Part shown: positions 63,389-64,000 of the stretch, one piece after another
How the letters are laid out: each line of letters begins with the position of its first letter
How positions within the stretch are numbered: the stretch's first letter is position 1
Origin: Octopus bimaculoides
Lineage: Eukaryota
Direction: 5' to 3'
NCBI RefSeq assembly: GCF_001194135.2
Contig: NC_068998.1
Span: 44,282,340-44,346,339 of the forward strand
Length of the DNA: 64,000 bases
Position numbers and translations under genes: made by a program
Notes under the pieces: model-generated
Database searches by the model: none
What the model was told of the DNA's origin: nothing
What the model saw: the letters and a program-made list of their open reading frames with translations, nothing else

Positions 63389-64000
63389 CTGACATCCTAG
63401 GGTAGGTGTGAGATGCCAGATCTGGCTACTTTTATGATACAAAGCATATAGAATATTTGTCCTGGATGTGGTTGGTTTATAAGCTAGGAGGTTAATTTTA
63501 CAAACTCATTGCTGTATAGTTTATAATAAATTACTGTTTTGATCTTAAAGTTTAAACTTCATCTTTAAGAGACTTTATTGCAGGTGAGGGTTCACTGTTC
63601 TTGATCTTGCATTTGACTGGATACTAAAATGTAAATGTAGTATATTTTATGATTTAAATAAAAGATTAACATTTATTAGTATGTATACAATTAAATGCTT
63701 ATCTAACTTTAGGAGTGGATTCTGTCTTTCAGTCCTTAATGGTAACATTGACCTGTATAACTGACTTTTCTTGGTGTTTTTGTCATTAATTTTATTTGTA
63801 TATCTATTGATTTTCTTATTTCCATTTTTCATCATTATTATTATCATTTTTTTTTTTTTTTAGGTAAGTTCACAGCACGAAATTTTCAAAATGTCTCACT
63901 TGAAGCCAAACTAAGTTATATGACAAAAAAATTCAAAAGATAAAAAGGACCTGGTTTAGGTAGGTTGAATTTAAATGTACATTTTAATGAAAATGAACAA

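Overview
AT-rich, repeat-dense, essentially non-coding animal DNA from a fragmented draft assembly: 18 N-gaps totalling roughly 6.7 kb, most flanked by (TA)n or poly-G/C. The repeat families look like those I associate with octopus genomes (coleoid cephalopod, possibly Octopus bimaculoides); this is recognition, not a database result. I found no supportable host protein-coding gene, rRNA, true tRNA or CRISPR array. Nearly all ORF-track entries are artefacts of N-runs, microsatellites or SINEs. The window is a mosaic of: (1) four groups of SINE-like retroposons, labelled A, B, C and F here (tRNA-like heads were seen for A, B and F, not C); (2) TTAA-flanked piggyBac-like MITEs, Tc1/mariner and hAT-like MITEs; (3) RTE-type LINE remnants; (4) micro- and minisatellites. 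The most notable signal is three separate minimal hammerhead-ribozyme-like motifs of the Penelope-retroelement type (26116-26151, 51875-51920, 57676-57702). One sits inside a tRNA-headed element with a Penelope-style inverted end and a 12-bp target-site duplication. Several long inverted repeats or hairpins and a few weak candidate exons or regulatory elements are also flagged. SINE boundaries are approximate (about +/-10-20 bp).
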